Positions 1-10,452 of a stretch of DNA of 64,000 nt are shown here, one piece after another. Where the stretch lies: IMG/VR virus record IMGVR_UViG_3300017613_002552, positions 4,943 through 68,942 of that record; one strand, 5' to 3'. Every line of letters begins with the position of its first letter. Within the stretch, counting starts at the first letter, position 1. Origin of the DNA: a virus. The position numbers were made by a program, and so were the translations under genes. The notes below the pieces were generated by a model, which did not search any database, was not told the DNA's origin, and saw only the letters and a list, made by a program, of their open reading frames with translations.

Positions 1-179
1 TGGGTGATGCACAGACGATCCATGACGGTGGATGGCAGAAACAGCAATGGGCTGGAAGCAAGTTCGATTCTTGCGTGCATCATTTGCGGGTACGGCCCGG
101 TAGTATAACCTGCAAAAAACTAAATACAAAAAACCTGAAGATCACTGCCGGGCCGAATTAAAAAAGGAGGATTGTCTAC

Positions 180-1310
180 ATGGCAAATAAGCCACTTAGG
201 GGACAGCGTGCTTTTAAGGGAATGACCGGATATGATGTCTATTTTGGAGAGAGGCCGAAGCTCATCGTCTTCGCCGATGCGCACGTTGGAGAATACAAAT
301 ATCCGATCAGGGAACACATTCTCTCATCGCTAGAGCAAATTCGGAAATTCTCGGCGAAGGTAGAACCCGATGCTGTTCTATTTGCAGGCGATGCCTTCAG
401 AACAAGGGTGCCACCTGCAAGTCAGCTTAGAGAGTTTGGCGAATACATCGACGCAATTGCCAAGACAGCAATAAACGGAATCTACATGACACCTGGGAAT
501 CATGACCTTGCCGGTCGTGGCGCGACTACACTCGATGTATTTGACTTTTACGAGAATGTACACGTTCTCAAAGAACCCGATTGCCTCGATCTTGGAGATT
601 GGCAATTAGTCACAGTGCCCTGGTTGCCCCAAAAAGCCGCTGCGTCATTCGGCGCAGATGGTGAAAGCACACACGGGGCAATAGAAATGCTCCTTCGCCT
701 TCTGGCTTCAAAACTCGATAAAGAAAAAGAATCGATTCTGCTGGCCCACGCCTCTGCCCTTGGCGGGACGATGGGCAGTGAAACCTCAACACTCATCACT
801 TCTGATGTATTGTGGCCCTCCGGCTGGTTCAAAATGTTCGGGACCTGCTTCCTTGGTCATCTGCACAGGCCACAAACAGTGCCCGGCACAGATAACGCTC
901 ACTACACCGGTTCGATCTGTCCCGTTTCCTTCAATGAAACCGAGCAAGAAAAATCATTCATCTACTTTCACGATGGAGTCGTCGAGCGCATCCCGCTAAA
1001 AACACCCAAGTTCATCCAGGCAGAAGTCAGTGAGCTTGGGGAGATCGAAGAAGATAAGAACGCATTCTTGCAGATCAAGGTCAGGCACGACGAAGAGGAA
1101 CCTGACACAATACCAAAGTGTGCATGGTATGAAATCGTAACCATCCCGCCGAAAAGAGATCAACGACAAAGACTTTCTTCGGATGACGCCATGAAAATGA
1201 CAACAGAGGATGCACTAAAAAGATATATGGAATTGGAAGACGTGCCGCAGGAGTTAATGCAGGGAGCACTTGCCCTTGCAGAAAAATTATTAGATGAGGA
1301 GGAAAAATGA
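180..1310 (+). CDS. sbcD: SbcD/Mre11-family metallophosphoesterase nuclease
   Basis: Motifs DAH, GDAF, GNHD, GHLH, YTGS in canonical order; AAGGAGG SD; SbcC partner at 7939. Confidence 0.92.
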   Translation: MANKPLRGQRAFKGMTGYDVYFGERPKLIVFADAHVGEYKYPIREHILSSLEQIRKFSAKVEPDAVLFAGDAFRTRVPPASQLREFGEYIDAIAKTAINGIYMTPGNHDLAGRGATTLDVFDFYENVHVLKEPDCLDLGDWQLVTVPWLPQKAAASFGADGESTHGAIEMLLRLLASKLDKEKESILLAHASALGGTMGSETSTLITSDVLWPSGWFKMFGTCFLGHLHRPQTVPGTDNAHYTGSICPVSFNETEQEKSFIYFHDGVVERIPLKTPKFIQAEVSELGEIEEDKNAFLQIKVRHDEEEPDTIPKCAWYEIVTIPPKRDQRQRLSSDDAMKMTTEDALKRYMELEDVPQELMQGALALAEKLLDEEEK

Positions 1311-1687
1311 AGAAGAATCGACGGAAGAAAGAGAAGAGTGAGAAGGTGAAGAAGGTGAAGAAGCCGAAAAAGAAACAGACAGTATTTGTTGAGAGAGGGT
1401 CATTCAGAGATTGTATCGATTTCTATGCGCCAACCCTGATCGCATCTCTCGCAGGGGAGTTCGGGTTTGTAACGAAGATGTCAAGAAAAGATTCTTATTT
1501 CTTGCGCATCAACAAAAGATACGACTACGATGAAGTTGTTGAATGGCTGCTGTCGTTCAACACGGATGGATGGCTCCAGGCCAGCGAGCACTATGAACCA
1601 TTGCTGGAAGATATGGTCACTACCATCCAGGAATTGCTGGCAGTGATCGATCTGATGAAAGAGGTCATGCAGGAAGAAGAGGAGTAA
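1307..1687 (+). CDS. hypothetical protein, basic N-terminus
   Basis: ATGA overlap with sbcD, GAGGAGG SD. Confidence 0.7.
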   Translation: MKKNRRKKEKSEKVKKVKKPKKKQTVFVERGSFRDCIDFYAPTLIASLAGEFGFVTKMSRKDSYFLRINKRYDYDEVVEWLLSFNTDGWLQASEHYEPLLEDMVTTIQELLAVIDLMKEVMQEEEE

Positions 1688-1693
1688 CCATCC

Positions 1694-2482
1694 ATGAACC
1701 AGCTTTTCCCATACGCTGGATCATCGAAGAAGACATCCGGGCTTATTTCGGAAATCTTCAGACGCGAGGGGTTTAACGCCTATGCCGAGCCGATGTGTGG
1801 CTCGGCATCGGTGTTCTTCGAGTTACGCCCGGATGCAGCTTATCTATCTGACATAGAATGGTACAACACAAATCTACTCCAGCATATAAAAGATGATCCA
1901 GTAGGATTGTGCCAGCGACTTCAGGAACTTGTACCAGAAAAAGAAGAATTCATCGCGTGGCAGGAGAGGATTGGTGATTCATCACTGCTTGATTCGGCGG
2001 GCGTATGGTTCTTCCTCCTAACAACTTGCTACAACGGCGTGGTGAAAAAGAAAGAGGGACGACCGTATCTTACTCCAGGCACCAGGCTCGGAACATGGGG
2101 AGTGGATTTACAAAGGAAATACATCCCGTTACTTCACCAAGCAAGTGCGCCACTCCAGGCAGCCGATATTTTCCATTGTAGCTACGAACATTTGCCACCC
2201 GCAGATGTTGCATTCTTTGATCCGCCCTGGTTTGACAGCGATGAGGACTATGGGGTTGACTTTTCCCATCGTGATCTTGCTGAGTATCTTGGTGAATATC
2301 CTGGCAAATTCCTCCTCACAATCAATGACTGCGAAAAAGCCAGATCAACATACTTACCATTCGCGGAATGGATGCTTGAACTAGAGCCGTATTATTCCGT
2401 CGCGCCGGTGAAGAAGGGGAGGAAAAAGAGGCCAGAATTATTGCTTTCAAACTTTTCCCCAGTGATGTTTCCTCATGGTTAA
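1694..2482 (+). CDS. Dam-like (D12 class) DNA adenine methyltransferase
   Basis: FPYAGSS..K, EPMCGSASV (motif I), YNG, DPPW (motif IV variant). Confidence 0.85.
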   Translation: MNQLFPYAGSSKKTSGLISEIFRREGFNAYAEPMCGSASVFFELRPDAAYLSDIEWYNTNLLQHIKDDPVGLCQRLQELVPEKEEFIAWQERIGDSSLLDSAGVWFFLLTTCYNGVVKKKEGRPYLTPGTRLGTWGVDLQRKYIPLLHQASAPLQAADIFHCSYEHLPPADVAFFDPPWFDSDEDYGVDFSHRDLAEYLGEYPGKFLLTINDCEKARSTYLPFAEWMLELEPYYSVAPVKKGRKKRPELLLSNFSPVMFPHG

Positions 2483-3164
2483 TATCCTAAAGATCGGCGA
2501 GGAAGTCTTTGGTCAGCCTGAGATCGCTCAAGAGGCGGTTGCCAACGCAGAAGATTTTGGCAAGACCGGGGATGACTTTCTCACCCTTGCCTGGGAGACC
2601 TTTCAATACCTCTTGGAAGTGGAGGGCCTTACAAGGCAAGCTTTTAATCATGCTTGGCCTGAAAGTGGGGTTGTTCCATTCCTTCTAGGAAAAGGTGTTG
2701 GAATTTTCGATGCAGAAGATATCAGTCAAGCTGTTGCACTTGATGCCTGGAAGGGCTTTGAAGAGAAAAGATTTCTTCCCTGGATGTCCAAGTGGACAAC
2801 GTGGATATTGACCATTGCCAGTAGGAAACACACAAACTGGGTGAAGGGAAAGTACACCGTAAAAGGAAAGATGATACTGGCCGATTATGCTGACTTGAGG
2901 ATTGCTGGAAGCCAGGGAATAGTAATTGCAGACGAGTTCGATCTGGGATGGTCTATACCAGTCGTCGCAGACCGATGGATGAGAAGTGACGACGAGAAAA
3001 GGGCACTCTTCGCCCTTGCGATCATGGCAAATTACCACAACTATGATCATATCCCAGTCACGAGTCAGCGAATGGTCGGTATAACAAAATCAAGCAAAAG
3101 AACGTGTCATGTGATGTTCAAAAGGTTTACAGAGGAGGTACTTGAACTTGAAGGCAAGAGTTGA
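2475..3164 (+). CDS. ECF-type sigma-factor-like protein
   Basis: AEDISQAVALDAW...WTTWILTIASRK resembles sigma70 region 2 of ECF factors; C-terminal HTH-like segment. Confidence 0.6.
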   Translation: MVNILKIGEEVFGQPEIAQEAVANAEDFGKTGDDFLTLAWETFQYLLEVEGLTRQAFNHAWPESGVVPFLLGKGVGIFDAEDISQAVALDAWKGFEEKRFLPWMSKWTTWILTIASRKHTNWVKGKYTVKGKMILADYADLRIAGSQGIVIADEFDLGWSIPVVADRWMRSDDEKRALFALAIMANYHNYDHIPVTSQRMVGITKSSKRTCHVMFKRFTEEVLELEGKS

Positions 3165-4209
3165 TAGTAAAGAACTCTCAGTCGCCGTGGCAGCAGCGGC
3201 AAAATACTCCAAGACCACTGGCAGTGGCATGACCTTGTGCATCAGGCTCAAAGTCACCGCCGACTGGCTGGAATTGAGAACGACGAATTTCACGGAGAAC
3301 GCGATAGTGAGGGTGAACGCCTTTGATTGTGAAGAAGGGGAAGCAGTAACTCTCACGAGTCACCTTCTGGCAGCAGCAACGGATTCTGGCGGATGGGTGA
3401 GGATCAGGGATACAAAGAAGAGGCTTGTCCTCGACTATGAAGTTGCACCAATCCGTATTGGCCTGATGGAAATTGATGCTTTCCCTGTGTGGCCTTCCGG
3501 CGAGAGGGTGGCAAGCTTACCATCTGGCCTGCTCAAGACAGCAGCGAGTATCTGTACCTTTGGTGCAGCGCCAGTCACGGATTGCGTTCACCTTGTTTCA
3601 AGAAATGGAATTATTTACGTCATGTCCAGCAACAGCATAATTGGTATTCAGGGAAGCATCGAGGGCGAATTACCCGAATCGCTTGCACTGGATGGAACCG
3701 TGTTGTCCAAGGCGCTGTCTGTCCTAGATGGCATCGTGCATATTGTCGTAGAGAAATCCGTTGCAAGGCTCTCTTGCAGTGACAGCGCCTCGGAGATTTC
3801 CTTTTCGACAACCGGCCTGAAAAGTGGCGTTGAGACATGGATCGATTCCATCTTCAACCTTGATACGCTTGGCGGGATGACAATCAGCAAGGCGGAGCTT
3901 TACAAGATTGTAAAATGGGCAAACGTCGCCGCAAAGATAGATGAAGTCTCCAGGCTTGTGCTTGATGGCGGATCGGCAGAGGTTGTTGGGAGAGAGGTAA
4001 ACATCGATCCGTTCGAGATCGAGTACGAAGGGGACTTTATCCCAAGGATGGTGTTTTATACCGGTATGTTCGCCAGGACGATTGGAACCGTTCGCGGTGA
4101 GGGTCCGTTCTCGGTCTTACCGGCGATTGTTCCAGGAAGAGATAACATTTCCTCCATCTACATCGACGGCGAAGACCGCCTAATGCTAAATGGGCTCTCT
4201 GAAAAATAG
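3142..4209 (+). CDS. divergent DNA polymerase III beta-clamp-like protein (start may be TTG 3148)
   Basis: 355 aa; LELRTTN..., EEGEAVT, DAFPVWP resemble DnaN N-terminal patterns. Confidence 0.6.
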   Translation: MNLKARVDSKELSVAVAAAAKYSKTTGSGMTLCIRLKVTADWLELRTTNFTENAIVRVNAFDCEEGEAVTLTSHLLAAATDSGGWVRIRDTKKRLVLDYEVAPIRIGLMEIDAFPVWPSGERVASLPSGLLKTAASICTFGAAPVTDCVHLVSRNGIIYVMSSNSIIGIQGSIEGELPESLALDGTVLSKALSVLDGIVHIVVEKSVARLSCSDSASEISFSTTGLKSGVETWIDSIFNLDTLGGMTISKAELYKIVKWANVAAKIDEVSRLVLDGGSAEVVGREVNIDPFEIEYEGDFIPRMVFYTGMFARTIGTVRGEGPFSVLPAIVPGRDNISSIYIDGEDRLMLNGLSEK

Positions 4210-4210
4210 T

Positions 4211-4238
4211 AAACTTTTTCTGCCGCAAGTTGAATAAT
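4211..4238 (+). promoter_or_regulatory. candidate ECF/phage-sigma promoter AAACTT-N14-TGAATAAT (copy 1)
   Basis: Same motif and spacing at 51288 and 60565; intergenic, upstream of SD+ATG. Confidence 0.6.
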
Positions 4239-4258
4239 GAAATAAAAGGAGTTAGAGC

Positions 4259-5518
4259 ATGACACAAGCGCTACAAAGAACTGCGCAAGATAGAAATTTA
4301 CTTCTTCCAACATCCAGGGTTGTAAGGATGTCGCCCTTCCACAATCTAACATCCACCGAGGTTGTTCTGGATGTTACAGATGCACACCAAATGACCTGGG
4401 GACAAGACCCAACATTTATGCCATCTCGCTCCCAAGTTGAGAAGCTGGCAACGGCAGCCAATATCCAAATCACAAAATCTAAAATGTTGCGCAGTAGGCA
4501 CAACAACATCATTGACTGGCAGGCTACTGCGAAAATCGAGAAGATCAGCGAGGGAAAGACTCTAAGCGTCACAAAGACCTATACGCTTGATCTGAGAACA
4601 AAGGATCGAGATGGTGAAGACGGCTCCGTGATCAAGCTCATGCGCCAGCGAAAGTGGGATCAGGTAGAAAGGGCAAAGAACAGGAATAAGTTCTATGGCG
4701 ATATGCCCGGCAAGGATGGAACGAAAGAGGAGTGGGTCGAGTGGGTAGAGGCAAAGGTCAGGCGCGAGTTTGAGCAGGTTGAGCGCTACTCTGTCCAAAG
4801 GGCAGAAACCGGCGCATCGCTGCGTTGCTGCCGAACACTCCTGGGCATGAAAGGCACGTATACCAGAGAAGAGATGCAAAGACCATTCGTTGTCTACACG
4901 GCGACACTCAATATCCAAGCCATGCTTCGGTACGGTGGGCCAATGAAGGAAATGGCCCTGCGCACCCTTGCAGGGGCATTTGGTAGCCAACTTGGAATCA
5001 GCGGCGATGGCTTGGCTAACCTGCTCACAGATGGAGGGGGTAGCAGTAGTAGTGAACCAGAAAATGAGGACCTGTTGCTTCTGGAGGAAGGCGAAATAGA
5101 AGACCTTATTACCGAGATGGATGCCTTTGGCTTGAAAGATCGGCGACAGTGCGATGCCCTCTCTAACTCCCTCTTTGACACCCCGCTCTCTGGCCTGACG
5201 CAGCGGGGCGGAAGGTTGATCATCGAGGCCCTTGAAATGATCAGGGATGTAAGTAAGTTCGACATTGACGCTGAAATGCTTGAGGGCTTCAAAACCCATG
5301 TTCGGGAGCGAATTGGCCTTGCATACGCGGATGGAGAAATGATCCTCTCTGTGCTCGATGAAGAATGGTATGAACTCCTCGTCTTCAGTCGTGACCACAA
5401 TGGCGACGATGGAGAGGAAGAGGAAGATTTTCTCACAGCGACAGATGAGGAAATTGAGGCCGCCATTACTGTAAAGCAAGCAACTCCACAAGAGGTCTAC
5501 GAGGAAAAGGATAAATGA
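4259..5518 (+). CDS. hypothetical phage protein, possible ssDNA-annealing recombinase
   Basis: AAGGAG SD; RAETGASLR...LG.K..YT.EEM.RPFVV core; acidic tail; lies between sbcD and sbcC. Confidence 0.5.
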   Translation: MTQALQRTAQDRNLLLPTSRVVRMSPFHNLTSTEVVLDVTDAHQMTWGQDPTFMPSRSQVEKLATAANIQITKSKMLRSRHNNIIDWQATAKIEKISEGKTLSVTKTYTLDLRTKDRDGEDGSVIKLMRQRKWDQVERAKNRNKFYGDMPGKDGTKEEWVEWVEAKVRREFEQVERYSVQRAETGASLRCCRTLLGMKGTYTREEMQRPFVVYTATLNIQAMLRYGGPMKEMALRTLAGAFGSQLGISGDGLANLLTDGGGSSSSEPENEDLLLLEEGEIEDLITEMDAFGLKDRRQCDALSNSLFDTPLSGLTQRGGRLIIEALEMIRDVSKFDIDAEMLEGFKTHVRERIGLAYADGEMILSVLDEEWYELLVFSRDHNGDDGEEEEDFLTATDEEIEAAITVKQATPQEVYEEKDK

Positions 5519-6240
5519 GCAGCGTCATCACAGCTATCGAGGGTGAGAGAAGGCTACGGGCCTTAGAGGTTGAGGCCGGTGAAAGCTTCCATGCCTCAGA
5601 GGAAGCTTTTTCAAGGGGCATAATTGCTCTTTACGAAATCAACTCAGAGTCGCTATGGCACTTTGGGAAAGATGACGATGGAGTCCGGTTTGGTGACTAC
5701 AGAAATCCGCGCTTTGAGGATTATCTACGACATTTCTGCCGGAAAAAAGGAATCAGTAGATCGTCGGCGCAAGATCACATTGGCACGGTCAGGACATGGG
5801 TCCTTGCACTGGAAAGGAAGACCGAGGAACTACAGGATGTTGGTGTAAAAAGAGCAGCGCCAATCAAAGAAATTGTCAAGGTAGATGGAAGAACCGGTGA
5901 AATTTCGTTGCCAAGGCCAGAAATACTAGAAAAACTTCCACCTGCACCAACTCCAATTGAGCAGGTTCAGAAGAAGATCGATGAAGTTCTCATTGAGCCC
6001 AAAATTCCTCTCACGCCGAATGATGTACGGGAGTCATTCACAATCGACATAGGAAAGACAAACAAGCCATCCATACGCTTTTCTGAAACAGGAAGAGGCG
6101 ATATCTGGGGGAGCTATGATGGCGGCGAAGATGTGTTCTGGGATGGCATTGTAATTCTGGCTGGCACACTCAGCGGAATGTCTGAAGAGATGAAAGAGGC
6201 GATATTTAAGCGCCTTAGAGTATTAAAATACGAATCATAG
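5515..6240 (+). CDS. hypothetical protein with HTH-like segment
   Basis: ATGA overlap; FEDYLRHFCRKKGISRSSA. Confidence 0.65.
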   Translation: MSSVITAIEGERRLRALEVEAGESFHASEEAFSRGIIALYEINSESLWHFGKDDDGVRFGDYRNPRFEDYLRHFCRKKGISRSSAQDHIGTVRTWVLALERKTEELQDVGVKRAAPIKEIVKVDGRTGEISLPRPEILEKLPPAPTPIEQVQKKIDEVLIEPKIPLTPNDVRESFTIDIGKTNKPSIRFSETGRGDIWGSYDGGEDVFWDGIVILAGTLSGMSEEMKEAIFKRLRVLKYES

Positions 6241-6248
6241 GAGGAAGA

Positions 6249-6716
6249 ATGAGCGGACCAGCAGTAGAAGACAGAGTTTCACGACTTGAAGCACAAGTCA
6301 TGTGGAGACGCGGTATTTTCGATGTGCTATACGACTCCTACGGTGGGCTTCAACAGAGCCTTATCGATGCACAGCGCACCCTAGAGGAGCGGCGGAATGA
6401 TGAGCTTGCTGCCCTCAGAGCATTCAAGGCAGCAAAAGCGCTGTTCGAGGATGGCCTAGCCATTGCCCTGATGAACGAAACGGGAAAGGGAGGACGGCTA
6501 ACTGGTGGGGCGGCAGATACCAGGAGGCTCATCAGGGAAGGTCTTATCGCCGAATTGAAGAAAGGAAAGCTTTCCCTGGAATGGGATGCCTTCCAGTCGG
6601 CAGAGAGGGTACTTGACCGGGCGACTATGGAAAAGGATGTTGCCCTTGACGAATTCAGCAAAATTCGGTATGCGGCCCGAATGACCTCCGGCCTTGCATA
6701 CGCACTAGGAGGATAA
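6249..6716 (+). CDS. hypothetical helical protein
   Basis: AGGAGG SD, tightly packed in operon. Confidence 0.7.
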   Translation: MSGPAVEDRVSRLEAQVMWRRGIFDVLYDSYGGLQQSLIDAQRTLEERRNDELAALRAFKAAKALFEDGLAIALMNETGKGGRLTGGAADTRRLIREGLIAELKKGKLSLEWDAFQSAERVLDRATMEKDVALDEFSKIRYAARMTSGLAYALGG

Positions 6717-6717
6717 A

Positions 6718-7818
6718 ATGGCAGAGCTTCTCAAGCTGAACGATATTGCAAATGACCTGGTGATCCGCGCAGCGGATGGCGTCCACGACCACACAAGCAC
6801 CGTTGACGAGGCGGTGAAGGCTTACTCTGGCGGCCTCTCACTCGAAACAGGGAGTGGATCAGAACGGATGACAAAGAAGGCGGCAGGCCAATTGTTCAAG
6901 ATGGTCGGCCTTCCAGTGAGCGTTCTGGGCCACTTCAAAGATGCGCCGGAACTACAGATTGCAATGGCCCAAAACAAGTTAGAGGGACTGGACACAGATG
7001 CGCGGGACCGAAAAATCATCTGCCGTGGGCACCTTGACGGCGACGGTAACGGGGTCCTTGATACCTTCCTGTCAGACTCCTACGTCCCGGTATCTAACGC
7101 CCAAATGATCATGGCAATGAAAGAGGGCTTCGACGGCGAGGGCGTGGATGCCCGTGTCCACCAAAGCCAAATCTCCGACAGACAGATGTCGTTACGAATC
7201 GTTGCACCAGAATGGGATCACGACCTGGGCGGCGGGGATATGGCCTACACCGGGCTCTCGTTGATCAATAGCGAACTGGGCACCAGGGCGGTCACTGTCC
7301 GCGCATCTATAGCGCGTGTTGCTTGCTTCAACTACACACTCGCCGACAACGATGTCTTTAGTCACGAGCACCGCTTCTTGACGCCGGAAGAAATTCTGAA
7401 TGGTGTCGTAGAGGGGATTCGCAAGCTGAACGGGATCGCCGGAGAAATCTCAGATCGCCTGCGCGGGATGAGAGACGTGGAAATCGAAGACGCAAAGGCA
7501 ATGATCGGTGTGATGAGCAATGAAATGGGCCTCCCCAACTATGTCACCAACCCCGCCTATCAGTGGTGGGAAGACACCGGCGCTGTCCCGAATTTGTTCT
7601 ACGTGGTACAGGCAATCGCCTTTGCCGCAGCAAACTTCACCAGCAGAAAGGGATTTGCGTGGGATCGGAGAGAGATGGCTGAAACGCAATCTTTCCGAAT
7701 GGCAGAGCATTACCAGGACACAGGTAAACTGCAACTATGCGAGTGCCCTCGCTGTCACCGCCCGATGAACTCTTCCGCCGACACCATCGATGCCGACTAC
7801 GAAGTCATCGAAGAATGA
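6718..7818 (+). CDS. DUF932-like protein with C-terminal zinc ribbon
   Basis: LSDSY..VSN, GLSLINSELG...RVACFN pattern; CECPRC. Confidence 0.7.
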   Translation: MAELLKLNDIANDLVIRAADGVHDHTSTVDEAVKAYSGGLSLETGSGSERMTKKAAGQLFKMVGLPVSVLGHFKDAPELQIAMAQNKLEGLDTDARDRKIICRGHLDGDGNGVLDTFLSDSYVPVSNAQMIMAMKEGFDGEGVDARVHQSQISDRQMSLRIVAPEWDHDLGGGDMAYTGLSLINSELGTRAVTVRASIARVACFNYTLADNDVFSHEHRFLTPEEILNGVVEGIRKLNGIAGEISDRLRGMRDVEIEDAKAMIGVMSNEMGLPNYVTNPAYQWWEDTGAVPNLFYVVQAIAFAAANFTSRKGFAWDRREMAETQSFRMAEHYQDTGKLQLCECPRCHRPMNSSADTIDADYEVIEE

Positions 7819-7938
7819 TACCGAGAAAAAGGCAGCGATAATTATAGAGGAGTTCATTAGGGCACTAATCGATCTCCTCTGTAAAGGAAGAGCAATAATC
7901 GTACTGCTGATTTTCACGCTATCCGTCTGGAGGTACGC

Positions 7939-10452
7939 ATGAGGCCAACGCGCATCCAATTGATCAACTTTATGAGCTACAAGAGGGCAGACATTGACTT
8001 GTCTGCCCTCCGCACCGTGGCAATCGTCGGTGAGAATGGTGCCGGAAAGAGCACTATCCTACAAGCGGTTACATACTGTCTCTGGGGAAAAGTGCGGACA
8101 GCATCTCACAATGACGTTGTACGGCGCGGAACGACCAAGTGTTCAGTCCGGCTGGACTTTGAGCACGATGGTCAGTCCTACCAGGTCACTCGCCGGAGAG
8201 ACCTTCACGGCAACGGAAGCAGCGATCTTGAGATTGCCCTGCTGGATGGTGAGGTTCCATACCCACTCACTGGTCCAACTATTCGAGAGACACAGGGAGT
8301 AATCAATGGTGTCCTTGGGCTATCATACGATGTCTTTGTAAGCTCTACCCTGCTCCAACAGGGCGAAGCTGGAAAGTTTTCAAACGCAAGACCGGGCGAA
8401 AGGAAGGATTTACTAGGGCAAATACTTGACCTTGGCTCTCTTGCTACAATAGAAAAAGGGGCAAGGGTAGCGCTCACAACTTCAAATGCCGCTTTCAGAA
8501 CCCTTGCCACGCTGCTTGATACAGCAAAGGAAAGAGCCATCAATGCAGAAGGCGGCGAAGAGGACCTGGCCCAATCTACCGAATGGCTTAATAGTACCGA
8601 GCTAGATATCATCGTTGCCAGGGATCATCTAAAACAGCTACAGCTTGACTTGGCAGAGGTAGCCGCCGTTACCAGAGATTTGGAATCGCTACTCACAAGC
8701 AAGGGGCACCTGAATGGCTCCCTGGCAACTATCCTTGATGAGATAGTTACCTCCTCCGAAAAGGCAAGAAACGCTGAAGGAGTAATCGAAAAAGAGGCAG
8801 AAATCAGAGCCTCATACGAGCGGTACAAGGAGCTTCGGGCAGAACTTGAAATCCTTGACAAGAAAAAATACGCGAAGGCAAGTGCAGATATTACCAGGAC
8901 ACAGATCGATGTTGAGTCCGCCACGCTCAAGCAAGTGGCAGATACAGCACCGAAGCACGAGGCCAAAATTGCGGCACTCAATGAAGAGATTGAAAGCTCA
9001 GAATCAATGCTTGCCACAATGCGGCAAGTTGTGATCGGAGCGAAAGAGAATAAGGCGCTTTCGCAAAAGGAAATTGACAGACTGAGCGATGAGATAGAGG
9101 AGGTCGCTCTTTCCAGGGCCGTTGCAACTACCACGCAACTCGCGCTACGGGAAAAGCTTGACCTGCTTTCCGATGATATCTGTCCAACGTGCGAACAGGA
9201 AATTCCAGAAGGTCACGGCGTGCTCCAAGATACAGAGGATGAAATCCTCAAACTAGAAAGTATGATTTCCGATCTTGAAGACACACTCAGAGCAGCACAC
9301 GAACGCACCAGCCTCGTGCGACAAGATATTGAAAAGTTGCAAGCTGAAATCGCCAGGGACGATAGGGCGAATGCGGCGAGAGAGGTAGAAATTGAGGGAC
9401 AAGAGCGAGAAGTAGAAAGACTCACGGATGAACTCGCGGTATCACAGGATGCCGCCAAGGTTCTTTCGTCAGGCAACTTCGCCCTAGAGCTACGCACCAA
9501 GCTTCGGGGCCTAGAAGAAGAATCTCTTGGCTACAACAAAGAAGAACATGAAGGCGCAAAAAGGGAAATGGAAGAGCTTCAGGGTGCAGGGGCCGATCTT
9601 TCAGTGCTAGAGACAGCCAAATCCTCACTCGCCGAGTCCCTAGAGCTCAAAGGGAAAAAGGAACTTGCGCGAGATAAAGCGGTAGGTGAGATTGTCGCCA
9701 TCGAGTATGACGAGAGAGGGCTACAGAAAAAGATTGCCAATCTGCAATGCCAGGAAGAACTCTCAGGAAAAATAGAAGACCTGGAGCAAGGGCTACTTGA
9801 CCTAGAAAACACCAAGTCCTCCGCAACCACCGCAGTAGCTCTGGCAGAGGCAAAAATCAAGGCCAGCCAGGAACTTGAAGCTCAAATCGAGAGGATGGAG
9901 TCTGAACTCGAAGAACTCAACGGGCAAGCCACCTGCGCCGATCTCCTGGTAAAAGCGGCGGGGAAAGGTGGGGCACAGGCCCTTATCGTTGAAGCTGCGC
10001 TTCCCCAGATCGAAAGAGACGCAAACGAATATCTCTCTACCATGTCTCCAAATATGACAATCTCCCTGGAGAGCCAGAGAACAACGCAATCTGGAAGCGT
10101 GTCCGAAACATTGGATATTCGGGTGCAGTTTGACGGAATGGACGCACCCATCGAAACCCTTAGTGGCGGCGAGAGGTTCAGGAGTGACCTTGCATTGCGC
10201 CTCGCAATCGGGCAGATGCTTGCCCGGAGAAGCGGGACAGAAATGAAATTCCTGGCAATCGATGAGGGATTTGGTAGCCAGGATACCGATGGTCAAGAGG
10301 GGATACTGGAGATCATTTCTTCTCTCTCTGCCCTCTTTGACCTAATCATGGTCATTAGTCATGTCAGCGCTGTTGCAGCGTCAATTGGCGCAGAAGGTAG
10401 CATAATCCGTGTTTCTAAGCCAGGTAACGCTTCAATGACAGAGGTAATGTAG
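7939..10452 (+). CDS. sbcC: SbcC/Rad50 SMC-like ATPase
   Basis: Walker A GENGAGKS, Q-loop QQGE, coiled coil with CPTC zinc hook, LSGGE signature, IDEGFG Walker B, ISH. Confidence 0.95.
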   Translation: MRPTRIQLINFMSYKRADIDLSALRTVAIVGENGAGKSTILQAVTYCLWGKVRTASHNDVVRRGTTKCSVRLDFEHDGQSYQVTRRRDLHGNGSSDLEIALLDGEVPYPLTGPTIRETQGVINGVLGLSYDVFVSSTLLQQGEAGKFSNARPGERKDLLGQILDLGSLATIEKGARVALTTSNAAFRTLATLLDTAKERAINAEGGEEDLAQSTEWLNSTELDIIVARDHLKQLQLDLAEVAAVTRDLESLLTSKGHLNGSLATILDEIVTSSEKARNAEGVIEKEAEIRASYERYKELRAELEILDKKKYAKASADITRTQIDVESATLKQVADTAPKHEAKIAALNEEIESSESMLATMRQVVIGAKENKALSQKEIDRLSDEIEEVALSRAVATTTQLALREKLDLLSDDICPTCEQEIPEGHGVLQDTEDEILKLESMISDLEDTLRAAHERTSLVRQDIEKLQAEIARDDRANAAREVEIEGQEREVERLTDELAVSQDAAKVLSSGNFALELRTKLRGLEEESLGYNKEEHEGAKREMEELQGAGADLSVLETAKSSLAESLELKGKKELARDKAVGEIVAIEYDERGLQKKIANLQCQEELSGKIEDLEQGLLDLENTKSSATTAVALAEAKIKASQELEAQIERMESELEELNGQATCADLLVKAAGKGGAQALIVEAALPQIERDANEYLSTMSPNMTISLESQRTTQSGSVSETLDIRVQFDGMDAPIETLSGGERFRSDLALRLAIGQMLARRSGTEMKFLAIDEGFGSQDTDGQEGILEIISSLSALFDLIMVISHVSAVAASIGAEGSIIRVSKPGNASMTEVM

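Noticed and set aside
1-160. Partial gene at window start
   Set aside because: Two frames are open (to 108 and to about 161) and cannot be distinguished
4562-5491. Long antisense ORFs (e.g. 4562..5491, 13248..13877, 44703..45338)
   Set aside because: Shadow frames of well-supported genes, no SD or motifs
7790-7942. 50-aa hydrophobic ORF before sbcC
   Set aside because: ATGA overlap is suggestive but there is no SD; not enough support
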